A DNA stretch of 64,000 nt from a virus. Its lineage: Duplodnaviria; Heunggongvirae; Uroviricota; Caudoviricetes. Under the pieces are notes generated by a model, which ran no database searches, was not told where the DNA came from, and saw nothing but the letters and a program-made list of their open reading frames with translations. The stretch lies in the IMG/VR virus record IMGVR_UViG_3300033150_000619. One strand, 5' to 3'. How positions within the stretch are numbered: position 1 is the first letter of the stretch; each line of letters opens with the position of its first letter. The translations under genes were made by a program, and so were the position numbers. Shown piece after piece: positions 27,561 through 36,861 of this stretch.

Positions 27561-29519
27561 ATGACAGACTGGGCATGGGAGATAAAGGTATACGATGTTG
27601 GATCAGATAAATGGATATCTGGTATAGACCAGGATCTAATTGGTCCCATAGACGTTACCAGGTCTGTCACAGAGAATGTAGGGGAATTTCACTTTGACTT
27701 TGATGTAGAGGACACTCTCATTAGTAATGAGGATGTTGTCATACTAAATGTAGGTGTATTCGGTTCATCAATATCTAGGTGGTTTGTCGGTAGAGTAGAA
27801 CAGGCTAAACAGAGAATAGACGAAGAGGACTTCTACTATGCTATAGAAGGGAAAGGTATAGACAAGGTACTACTTACCCATGACGCACCAGAAACTACAT
27901 TTGGGAGTGCTCAGCAGGTAGACATTATTAAGGGCATAGTTAGTGATATTGAGTATGATTATACTAGCTCTCCGACGTGGATATCAAATGAACCTATATA
28001 TGTTGAGCAGAAGGATCAGTGGCAGGACTTATGCGTAGATGAGATAGTATCTGGGTCTTGGACTTTAACATATAGAGGCTCTACTCAATCCTATGGAACT
28101 GATTATGAGATAGACCTGAGCGGGACACCGTACCCTTATGGTAGAGTAAAGATACTCTCTGACGCTATCAGGCTGGGTGACTATGCGTATATTACATATC
28201 AAACTACTAGAGCCAGACCGTTTGGTGACTTAGAGGACGGAGCCAGAGTTTATAGGATTACTACTTCTAACGTGTATGATGAAAGCCAGATACTCGATAT
28301 CAATGTTAATGGATTTGATATGTTAGGAGCTTTACAAGGAGTTACTATAGAGACAACGATACCATATGACTTTTGGTTAGATACGAGCTTAGATCTAAAT
28401 ACACGGGGTAGAACATCTGGAACGATACACACCCTCTCTTATGATACAGTAGATGAGCTGTCTTACTATGAGGATTCTTCTTTCATTATCAATGAAACTC
28501 TTGTTAAACAGGCAGGCGGTGGTAATTATACATTTACTCCAGATCCTATAGATTCATGGACTGAGTTTACTTCTAGTCCGTCACAAGAGTATTGGAGTAC
28601 TGCTGGAGCTACTAAAGGTGTGTTTGACTTAGTTCGGTTCTCCGATACGTCTGCTCAGGCTGTGACGTATGGCGGGGAGTTCCTAGATGATTGGGATTAT
28701 ACCCCAGGGATATCATCGTATACAACTGGTGTAAAGGATGGGAGCAACTACGTAGGTACTACGACTGCTACACCTGTTTATGTCACTAAGTTATGGAGAG
28801 AGTTCCCTAGTCCTCTCAACCTAAGCAACATCAACTTACGTAATCTGTTTAACTTCTACGAGTACGGTAATCCATCTTATGGTACTGTATCAGCAAAGTT
28901 ATTACTAGAAACAGATACTGACAATAGAGGGGAGAAGGAATGGAACTTAGATAGCTCGTTCCCACCTGATAGATTAGTATTGGATGGGGGATGGACTGCC
29001 AAGGGATCACCTGATTACAACAACATCAGCTACCTTAGTTTCATGGTGTATTCCGATAGTAAGACAAACATGGAGTTGTATATCGATGGAGCATTCTTTG
29101 GTAGACATCCTATACAGGCAACAGCCAGTGACTCAGCAAGTCAGGCATTGTATGGTCTATCTAAGAGTAATGGAATAATACCATACCCAGTAATAGATAA
29201 TACCATTACAACTCAGAACGAAGCACAACAGAGAGCAAACTCTATCATAGAGATGTACAAGGATCCTATTCCTATATTAGAAACAGTGACCTTTACCGAT
29301 GGTAGATTGGACTTACTACCAGGAGATCAACTAAAGTTAGAGACTTGGAACTCTGGTACATATTTCCCCACGACCCGTATCGTGTCAGTTTCTCATCATA
29401 TAGAAGATGAAGATATGCAGACTACTATAGAGTGCAAATCCAGTTCACCCACCGGCATAGAGTCATATATGCAGGAACTAGAAATAGAGATAAGGAGACT
29501 GGAGATGCGTGAGCTATAA
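27561..29519 (+). CDS. Tail hub / baseplate (Tal-like) protein
   Basis: F.GRVE.....AIEG.G.., I.D..IT....A..RA......., L.PGD..KL......RIV.V.H pattern. Confidence 0.7.
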   Translation: MTDWAWEIKVYDVGSDKWISGIDQDLIGPIDVTRSVTENVGEFHFDFDVEDTLISNEDVVILNVGVFGSSISRWFVGRVEQAKQRIDEEDFYYAIEGKGIDKVLLTHDAPETTFGSAQQVDIIKGIVSDIEYDYTSSPTWISNEPIYVEQKDQWQDLCVDEIVSGSWTLTYRGSTQSYGTDYEIDLSGTPYPYGRVKILSDAIRLGDYAYITYQTTRARPFGDLEDGARVYRITTSNVYDESQILDINVNGFDMLGALQGVTIETTIPYDFWLDTSLDLNTRGRTSGTIHTLSYDTVDELSYYEDSSFIINETLVKQAGGGNYTFTPDPIDSWTEFTSSPSQEYWSTAGATKGVFDLVRFSDTSAQAVTYGGEFLDDWDYTPGISSYTTGVKDGSNYVGTTTATPVYVTKLWREFPSPLNLSNINLRNLFNFYEYGNPSYGTVSAKLLLETDTDNRGEKEWNLDSSFPPDRLVLDGGWTAKGSPDYNNISYLSFMVYSDSKTNMELYIDGAFFGRHPIQATASDSASQALYGLSKSNGIIPYPVIDNTITTQNEAQQRANSIIEMYKDPIPILETVTFTDGRLDLLPGDQLKLETWNSGTYFPTTRIVSVSHHIEDEDMQTTIECKSSSPTGIESYMQELEIEIRRLEMREL

Positions 29520-32500
29520 TGTCGGCAGAAGAGAAACTAGTTTCACTATTTAGAAGGGTCAGGCGTCTCCAGACTTTAGCTGCATTAGGAGAGATATTAG
29601 AAGATATATTTACTGATTCACTATCCTTTACAGAGTACTTCAGCTATATCATCAGAGTTCCTACTTTATCGATCTTAGAGGAGATACTATTCCAGACGTA
29701 TCTATCAATAAACGTAGTTGGTAGAATAACGATAGAGCTACTAAACATATCTCCCTTACTTAGGTGGTCTATAGGACCATATACGGATTCATTGGATATC
29801 TCTGGCACCCTTCATACAGTTCTCTTCTTTACGGAGTCTATCTCTGCACCTGAGATATTATCGCATCTCAATGTGTACATCAATAAAAGCATTAGCCACA
29901 GCCTCCGATACATCATAGAAGTTCTACTAACAGAGACTGTATCTACGTTAGTTGAGCTCTATGCTGCTATATTCACCGCTGAGTCAGTACAGATCACAGA
30001 TACTATCAGCACATATCTGATACTCCTTAAGTCTATAACATCGGAGATAGGGTATGCTATACTGATAACATATAGTGAACTAGTCGATGTCGATAGTGGA
30101 ATATTGCCCAGTATTTACCAGACTGAGTCTCTATCCATACAAGAAGGATTTGATAGCTTATACGCGTCTATGAGCAAGTCTGTCAGTGTCATAACAGATA
30201 TGACATGGTTTGTTAGGAGTGAGGTACTCCTCCCCGAGGTCATTGCTCTATCTACTCTAATATTTGCAGTGCTCAGCAATCTGATAGAGGACTTAGATCT
30301 AAGTGATAGTGTGTACGGCATTAATACGGTTAGCATTAAATCCATAGAGACGATTGATCAACTGCTCTCATACATGAGACTTGTATTATCAGACTCTTTA
30401 GACATAGTTCCCGGTAACTTAGTAGGATTATTGATAGGTGAGGGACTGTCTGTATCTGATACAGTAGACAACTGCTACACAGCACTGAGCGTAAGCGTAG
30501 CCAGTATAGATCAGCTACTTATGTATATGTCTACGTCATTATCAGACACTCTATCTATAGTCAGTGGTATGATCACAGGGGTAACTGTACCTGATAGTAT
30601 GAGTGTTGTAGATACATCCCGTAATGTCTATCCTGCTCATAGATTGGGGGGATATATGCCACCGCTAGATTGTAGGTTATGGTTAACCTTTGATGAGGGA
30701 ACCGGTATAGATGTGTATGATGTAACTGATTACCAGAATGATGGACAGCTGGTTGGTGGAGCTGGCTTTACAGATGGAATCCGTGGTAGTGCGTATGCCG
30801 GTGGTGGTTCAACAGAGAGGTGTAAAATCGATCATAGTACGTCTCTGGATTTCACAGATACCGTATCTTGCTGTGGATGGATATACCAAGATGGTAATGC
30901 TACATCAACCTACCAGAGAATCACTGACAAGGGTGGGGCTATAACTTGCTGGTTGGAGGATGAGAGCAGTTCTCCCTCGGGCGCATTTGCAGTTAGGCTC
31001 ACAGCATCTAAGGGCAGTAGCTACCAACAGGTTAGGTTCTATACTGGACTATCATTAGATATACCATACTTCTTTGCATGGACATATGATAAGGATGACT
31101 CAACTAAGAGACTTAGGTTGTGGATAGATGGAGAGGAGTTTAATGGTAGTACAGAGCCTAGTGATGGGTACAACTACTACTATGGGTCTATGTCAACTAA
31201 CACAGACGACCTTTACGTAGGTAATCAGGAAACTGGTGATAGAGGTTGGTATGGATGGATAGACGAGCTGATGTTCTTTAATGATCCATTTACGGATGAT
31301 ATAGTTACCAGCTTATATCGTAATGGACCTCCTCTGAGGTTTAGAGTTAGATTGCTTACCATCCTAGCCAATACTATCGCAGATACACTATCGGTTAGTG
31401 GCAAGATAATATCAGGTATAACTGGTAGTGACTCTCTATCCATTACTGATTCTATGGAGAATATCAGAACCAGATTTACTAAGTCTGTAAGTGTTGGTGT
31501 ACTATTGATGTTCTCATTAGTCCATATACTGCAGGAGTCCATTGGTGTAGCTATTGCCCTCAACACAGGAGTTTCAGCTTATGGACTTGGTTTATATGTA
31601 GATACTACCTTCTCAGAAGGAGGAGCTTACATCAAGCGTTCAGTTAGTGCTCCATGTACTACTGATGGAGAATGGCACGCAGATGACTGGAGTGATAACG
31701 CTCATACGGACTGGACAGACTATTTAGATAGTTATGTAGATAATCCACACGCTAATCACTCTGATGGACACAACGATTGGACAGATCACTACGAGGACCA
31801 TCAGGATGACTTACACAACGACTGGAGTAACTATACGGATCACGTTAATCACGATGATTTTCTATGGAATGATGGAATCCATGCTAATTGGACTGACTAC
31901 AGTGACTATACCGACCACACAAATCATAGCGATGGGCACGCTAACTATAGTGATTACGATGACATTCCATATACAGACTGGGACGACTGGTCAAACAACC
32001 ATACGGATAATGAACCCCATAATGACTGGGGTGATTATCACACGGATATAGGTCATGATGATTACTATAATGACTGGTGGAATCATGGTGACTGGAGTGA
32101 TGCGTGGGATAATGGACACGACGATAGTCCATATACTGATCACGATGATCACAGTAACTGGTCAGATTGGGACGATCACGACGACCATAATAATTGGAGC
32201 AACGGACACAATGACTGGACCGATACCTACAACGACCATACAGATAATTTACATAACGATTGGACTAACTATATAGATCACATCGATCATGACGATAGTC
32301 TATGGACTGACAGTGCTCACGCTAATTGGTCTGATCATAATGACTGGACAGATACAGTCCATACAGATTGGACTAATCAACCACACGCAGATGACCCACC
32401 CCATTCAGACCATTGGAATTGGGAAGATCATCTAGATGACATTTCTCCAACAGGTGGCGTTAGTCCGTGGGGAAGGAAACAGGCTAATACCAGTAACGCT

Positions 32501-32965
32501 ACGGTGAATCATTGTAGGGCTATGGGAGGGCAGAGCCCAGACAGACCTGGTATGAAGCTAAAGGCAATAGCTATCTACGTCAACAATACGATTGGTGACA
32601 TTAGAGTTGCAGTTTACCAAGGTGGAAGTTTGAGTGATGGTCCTGAAGGAGCTTCGTTGAGGTGGGATGCAGGTACTATTGGGGAAGGACAGACTGGCTG
32701 GGTAATTAAGTACTGCTCGTCAGATGTGAGTTTATCTGCTGATACTCCAACTTGGATAGCTTGGAAAGCGAATGATAGTACAAGAGAGGTAAGGTTCTCT
32801 GCGTCTAGTAGTGGTGCTGGTGATTTTCAAACAGCTAGGGGTAGGTGGGATTCAGCTTCTGTGAGCATCGATGAAACTACAACCTATCCATCAACCTGGC
32901 CGACTGATACGTTAGGTAGCTTTGCTGATGCTTGGTACAGCTGTTACTTAATCTATAGGTGGTAG
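29519..32965 (+). CDS. Tail-tip/fibre protein: approx. 20-aa ladder repeats, LamG-like domain, W/H/Y-x-D/N array, C-terminal beta domain
   Basis: LWLTFDEGTG..VYD...NDG...GWIY...FFAWTYD..LWIDG...GWIDELMFFN is a LamG/concanavalin-like signature. Position at the end of the tail operon. Confidence 0.8.
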   Translation: MSAEEKLVSLFRRVRRLQTLAALGEILEDIFTDSLSFTEYFSYIIRVPTLSILEEILFQTYLSINVVGRITIELLNISPLLRWSIGPYTDSLDISGTLHTVLFFTESISAPEILSHLNVYINKSISHSLRYIIEVLLTETVSTLVELYAAIFTAESVQITDTISTYLILLKSITSEIGYAILITYSELVDVDSGILPSIYQTESLSIQEGFDSLYASMSKSVSVITDMTWFVRSEVLLPEVIALSTLIFAVLSNLIEDLDLSDSVYGINTVSIKSIETIDQLLSYMRLVLSDSLDIVPGNLVGLLIGEGLSVSDTVDNCYTALSVSVASIDQLLMYMSTSLSDTLSIVSGMITGVTVPDSMSVVDTSRNVYPAHRLGGYMPPLDCRLWLTFDEGTGIDVYDVTDYQNDGQLVGGAGFTDGIRGSAYAGGGSTERCKIDHSTSLDFTDTVSCCGWIYQDGNATSTYQRITDKGGAITCWLEDESSSPSGAFAVRLTASKGSSYQQVRFYTGLSLDIPYFFAWTYDKDDSTKRLRLWIDGEEFNGSTEPSDGYNYYYGSMSTNTDDLYVGNQETGDRGWYGWIDELMFFNDPFTDDIVTSLYRNGPPLRFRVRLLTILANTIADTLSVSGKIISGITGSDSLSITDSMENIRTRFTKSVSVGVLLMFSLVHILQESIGVAIALNTGVSAYGLGLYVDTTFSEGGAYIKRSVSAPCTTDGEWHADDWSDNAHTDWTDYLDSYVDNPHANHSDGHNDWTDHYEDHQDDLHNDWSNYTDHVNHDDFLWNDGIHANWTDYSDYTDHTNHSDGHANYSDYDDIPYTDWDDWSNNHTDNEPHNDWGDYHTDIGHDDYYNDWWNHGDWSDAWDNGHDDSPYTDHDDHSNWSDWDDHDDHNNWSNGHNDWTDTYNDHTDNLHNDWTNYIDHIDHDDSLWTDSAHANWSDHNDWTDTVHTDWTNQPHADDPPHSDHWNWEDHLDDISPTGGVSPWGRKQANTSNATVNHCRAMGGQSPDRPGMKLKAIAIYVNNTIGDIRVAVYQGGSLSDGPEGASLRWDAGTIGEGQTGWVIKYCSSDVSLSADTPTWIAWKANDSTREVRFSASSSGAGDFQTARGRWDSASVSIDETTTYPSTWPTDTLGSFADAWYSCYLIYRW
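31676..32437 (+). repeat. Array of about 70 aromatic-x-Asp/Asn triads (254 aa), including a 45-aa internal duplication
   Basis: HAD WSD HTD WTD YLD ... HSD HWN WED HLD, counted by hand. GHNDWTDHYEDHQDDLHNDWSNY... (from approx. 31766) is repeated as GHNDWTDTYNDHTDNLHNDWTNY... (from approx. 32204). Confidence 0.92.
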
Positions 32966-33002
32966 ACAACAAGTTATATTAACACTGACAATCTAAGTAG
33001 GA

Positions 33003-34244
33003 GTGAGTAAATTGACAATACTATTAAAGATGAATCTACACTGTAACTTTGCGTGTAAGTATTGTTATGAGAATCCCATTAAGCCAGGGTTCATGGAAGA
33101 GATAGACTTAGACGCTGCAGAGGATACTGTACGGAGGATATATGAAGATTACAAGGGTAAGAATAGAACTCCTACTATTACTTTACATGGTGGAGAGCCT
33201 ACTACATATCCAAAGCCAGTTATAGATAGATTACTTTCATTCTCACATAAAATGACGGGTAGATCCGGTATACAAACAAACGGATATGCTATTGATGATG
33301 ACCTTATAGAGATGTTCCTAAAGTATGATACTGGCGTTGGTGTATCAATTGACGGTCCCTGGCCTCTTAATGAACTTAGAGGTATTGGTTCTCGGGAAGA
33401 CAGAATTCAACAGACTGCACAGATTCTACGTAATATAGATAAGATGTTAGATGCTGGTGTTAGAGTCTCTATCATTGCTGTTATACACAAATACAACGCA
33501 ATGGGAGAAAGGAGAGAGATGCTTAAGCAGTGGCTTAGACAACTTAGTTCCAAGAGAATAAGTGGTAGATTAAATCCTTGCTGTAGCAAAGACCCAACTA
33601 TAGATCTTACACCCGAGGAAGCAGTTGAGGTATATACTGATTTACTTAGCTTTATGTTAGAGGAAGGAATAACTGGTTGGTCACCCTTCAAGGATATTAT
33701 TAATTCACTGGCTGGTAATCCCAATGTAGTATGTGTATTCAAGGACTGTGATCCATTCTGTACTCGTTCTGCTCATACAATACTCAAAGACGGCAGTGAA
33801 GGGGTATGTCTCAGATTATATATGGATGAAAGTGGGAGGATGTACCTAAGAGACAAACAGGAGATAAATGTCAGAAGTGAGATACTTAGACAGACCGACT
33901 GCAAGGACTGTAAGTGGTGGGAGCACTGTAAGGGAGGATGTAGCGGTTTATCTATAGACTTTGACTGGAGAAATAAGGATAGATACTGTCTAATGTACAA
34001 AGCTCTGTTTGAGAGGATATCTAATGCTATGAAAGTACTGGAAGTTAAGAAGCCTAAGTCCACTACACAAGGAGGCTCTACACAGGGGGGTTCTACGGGT
34101 GGTCATTGGGATGGAATTGAGCACTCAGATGGAGATGAGAGACACTTAGACAGTGACACAAGACAAGAGGACCACGTAGATGGTATTACGCACACAGACG
34201 GTGGTACAATCCACCAAGACGGAGAAGTTCATGAGGACTGTTAG
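33003..34244 (+). CDS. Radical SAM/SPASM enzyme (peptide-maturase-like) with C-terminal H-x-D repeat tail
   Basis: CNFACKYC cluster motif, LHGGEP, IQTNG, VSIDGP. SPASM-type Cys set CVFKDC...GVC...CKDCKWWEHCKGGC...C. GTG start. Confidence 0.9.
   Translation: MSKLTILLKMNLHCNFACKYCYENPIKPGFMEEIDLDAAEDTVRRIYEDYKGKNRTPTITLHGGEPTTYPKPVIDRLLSFSHKMTGRSGIQTNGYAIDDDLIEMFLKYDTGVGVSIDGPWPLNELRGIGSREDRIQQTAQILRNIDKMLDAGVRVSIIAVIHKYNAMGERREMLKQWLRQLSSKRISGRLNPCCSKDPTIDLTPEEAVEVYTDLLSFMLEEGITGWSPFKDIINSLAGNPNVVCVFKDCDPFCTRSAHTILKDGSEGVCLRLYMDESGRMYLRDKQEINVRSEILRQTDCKDCKWWEHCKGGCSGLSIDFDWRNKDRYCLMYKALFERISNAMKVLEVKKPKSTTQGGSTQGGSTGGHWDGIEHSDGDERHLDSDTRQEDHVDGITHTDGGTIHQDGEVHEDC
34104..34241 (+). repeat. 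Seven H-x-D motifs at the radical SAM C-terminus
   Basis: After the linker GGSTQGGSTGG: HWD, HSD, HLD, HVD, HTD, HQD, HED. Confidence 0.9.
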
Positions 34245-34246
34245 AA

Positions 34247-35095
34247 ATGAGGATAACTAGACCGGTAGAAATAGAGCCAGTAACTAGGTTGATGTATTGG
34301 AGTAAAGACCTTGAGAAGTTATGGCAACCTCGAATAGCTAGGATTCGTAAGGCATATAACAAAGCTGAATTAGAGACTGTTATTAGAGGAGATAGGAGAA
34401 TATACGTATATCACATACGTTCTGATGACTTCGAAGGATCCTATGACTTCCTAAGATATCATAAGTTAGACTTCTATCCTACCAACAAGAGTGCTATCTA
34501 TCAGGGCTTCAGTCATAAACACAGAGACATTAAGCCCAACGAACCGTGGATATTGTATGGAGGTGCAGCTCGTAGAGACGATGCTGAAGCAGGTAAGCTA
34601 TTTACTAAAGCTAGTACAGGTAAGTTAACAGACCACACCGTCATAGGAGAGCTATTAGGCTATCCTTCTTGCTGTATTGATTTCTTTAATACAACGTGGG
34701 CTAAGGATAGTATAGACCCCATGTTTGAAGCAGCGTTAAATACAGAAGGAGTTCAGGTAGAAGATTACGGTAATGGCAGGAAGGCTATAGTAGAATGTCA
34801 TCCATACTGCAACAATATGTTAAGGTACTTTGGTATTCGTATAACTCCACACCTACCACACAGTCTACAATGTGAAAAGACTATAGAGATGGGTCATAGG
34901 TGGATTGAAGTTATGAAGGACATAGATAGTAAAGCAGCAGACTGGGCTATAGAGATAATGTCTATGCCTCTTATATGGAATTGTTACAAGGGTGTAGCTG
35001 TAATAGACAATGATATCTTTAAGGCTATCAGCAATTCAGATCCTACTTTACAGTATAAGGTTGTTGAGAATAGAGGATGGAACAGGAACCTATAG
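34247..35095 (+). CDS. Hypothetical protein with GELLGYPSCC motif (DUF483-like), coupled to the radical SAM gene
   Basis: LLGYPxCC..FF and PHLPHS.QC motifs. Starts 2 nt after the rSAM stop. Confidence 0.6.
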   Translation: MRITRPVEIEPVTRLMYWSKDLEKLWQPRIARIRKAYNKAELETVIRGDRRIYVYHIRSDDFEGSYDFLRYHKLDFYPTNKSAIYQGFSHKHRDIKPNEPWILYGGAARRDDAEAGKLFTKASTGKLTDHTVIGELLGYPSCCIDFFNTTWAKDSIDPMFEAALNTEGVQVEDYGNGRKAIVECHPYCNNMLRYFGIRITPHLPHSLQCEKTIEMGHRWIEVMKDIDSKAADWAIEIMSMPLIWNCYKGVAVIDNDIFKAISNSDPTLQYKVVENRGWNRNL

Positions 35096-35805
35096 AGTAC
35101 CCACCCTATCTAATTCTTAGTGCAGTAGGGAATTATATGGGGTATATCTTACCAGAGTTTATAGAAGCCTGTCGGAGCCAGGTTCCTAAACCCGCTAAGA
35201 TAGTTTTATGTCTACACGCAGATCATCCCTTCAACCTCAGTGAGATCGAGGCAGAAGACATCTATATAGAAATTAATCCAGAGATGTTTGTACCTGATAA
35301 AATACCACCTAGGATTGAAACCAGCATGGAGATATTACGCCTGCACTTTATACACAACCCACTCGGTATTGAATATGCACTGTGGATAGATACAGATGTT
35401 ATTATACCATCCAATACATTTGCTGCGTTATACAAAGCCTCTGTAGAGAGTGATTCATTGATAACCACTAATAAGGTACAAGGGAGGGAGTCAAAGAACA
35501 AGTTCTGTGGACCAGCATTAATGCTTACTTACTTTGATGCTTGTACATTATCTAAGTTCTTCAGAGGGATGTATAGGAATCCAGAGGGATACATACAGTC
35601 TAATGATGGAGTTATGTGGTCTACGTTCAGTGAAGACTATGTCTTCTTTGCAGTATTTGATCAATGTAGTGGCTCTCTACCAACTGGTAGAACCAGAGGT
35701 AGAATATGTGAAGAGTTTGTAGAAGTAGATCATAGGTGGATAGACCTGAAAAATAGAGAAAGGAAGAAACCAACGTATCAGATGCCCAGTCCCCAACACT
35801 ATTAG
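35077..35805 (+). CDS. Divergent GT-A fold protein (DxD motif)
   Basis: YALWIDTDVII DxD, GP.LML, SEDYVFF motifs. Confidence 0.6.
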   Translation: MEQEPIEYPPYLILSAVGNYMGYILPEFIEACRSQVPKPAKIVLCLHADHPFNLSEIEAEDIYIEINPEMFVPDKIPPRIETSMEILRLHFIHNPLGIEYALWIDTDVIIPSNTFAALYKASVESDSLITTNKVQGRESKNKFCGPALMLTYFDACTLSKFFRGMYRNPEGYIQSNDGVMWSTFSEDYVFFAVFDQCSGSLPTGRTRGRICEEFVEVDHRWIDLKNRERKKPTYQMPSPQHY

Positions 35806-36861
35806 CTACCATTCATTCCCATCTATAATGTCTTTGTATAGAGATAGGTAATTGTTGCACATCTTATCTATGGAGAACTCCTCTGCTCTCTTCCTGCAAT
35901 CTCTACCATTGGTATCCAGTTCTACAACGGCTTTAGCCATATCCTCTATCTGCTGGTCCTTGGACTTAGACACTATTACTTTACCGCAGGTATCGTTTAC
36001 TATCTCTTTAATGGCTCCATCATTCAGAGCAATAACCGGACAGCCTGTAGACATTGCTTCTATAGATACTAATCCGAATGGTTCTCCCATGTTGCTTGGG
36101 AACAATAAAGCTCTGGCATTCTGCATAAGTTCTACTTTCTTGTCATGGGAGGCATCCAAGTATATTTCTATGTTATCGTCTCCTTCAGCTATAGATATTA
36201 TCTGATGGAGATAGACCTCGTTGTCTACGAATGTACCCCCGACAATATCTATGGGCATACCCACCTTCTGTGCAACCTTGATGGCTATATGTGGTTGTTT
36301 GTACTCTGTAATCCTACCAACAAATAATAGTCTCTCATTATCTCTCTGTGTTGAGTAAGGATATAATGATAGGTCTACTCCATTATATACTCTCTTAGAC
36401 CTGAATCCCAGTGCCTCATAGTTCTGTACCATCCAATCAGATATCCCTATCATATTTAAGTTAAAGTCTGGCTTACTCTGCCCCCACCATCCCATATTGA
36501 GATGTCCATGATGAGTATGACAAACCTTAAGTTCCCTATGTTTAGCCTTAGTTGCGTACTCGAAACCAAACCAGTTATGTCCGTGGATAATATCAAAGTC
36601 CATAGAGGATATGATACTATCATAGACATTCCACATCTTCTTCTCTTCTTCTGCCCAGTTGACATCGGTACTACCAGTATATGGGATAGCCTCTATGGTG
36701 AATCCACCCTTCAGCTTTTGTGATCCTTCTGCCCCAATCAATACTACTTTGTGACCTGACTTGATCAATCCATTTGCTAAGTCCCATACAACTCTTTCCA
36801 GCCCACCATAGCCGGAGGGTGGAGTCATAAGAAATGGGGTACTAATTAAACATACATTCAT
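35806..36861 (-). CDS. GT4 glycosyltransferase
   Basis: PPSGYGGLE, EPFGLVSIEAMSTGCPVI. Confidence 0.9.
   Translation of the reverse strand: MNVCLISTPFLMTPPSGYGGLERVVWDLANGLIKSGHKVVLIGAEGSQKLKGGFTIEAIPYTGSTDVNWAEEEKKMWNVYDSIISSMDFDIIHGHNWFGFEYATKAKHRELKVCHTHHGHLNMGWWGQSKPDFNLNMIGISDWMVQNYEALGFRSKRVYNGVDLSLYPYSTQRDNERLLFVGRITEYKQPHIAIKVAQKVGMPIDIVGGTFVDNEVYLHQIISIAEGDDNIEIYLDASHDKKVELMQNARALLFPSNMGEPFGLVSIEAMSTGCPVIALNDGAIKEIVNDTCGKVIVSKSKDQQIEDMAKAVVELDTNGRDCRKRAEEFSIDKMCNNYLSLYKDIIDGNEW

Noticed and set aside
31676-32437. Repeat region as a CRISPR array or DNA-level tandem repeat; alternative-frame ORFs 31764..32051, 31941..32132 and 32055..32276
   Set aside because: Periodicity is at the amino-acid level with free synonymous variation, and there are no identical DNA repeats with spacers. 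The Thr/Ile/Met-rich ORFs are frame shadows of the triad array.
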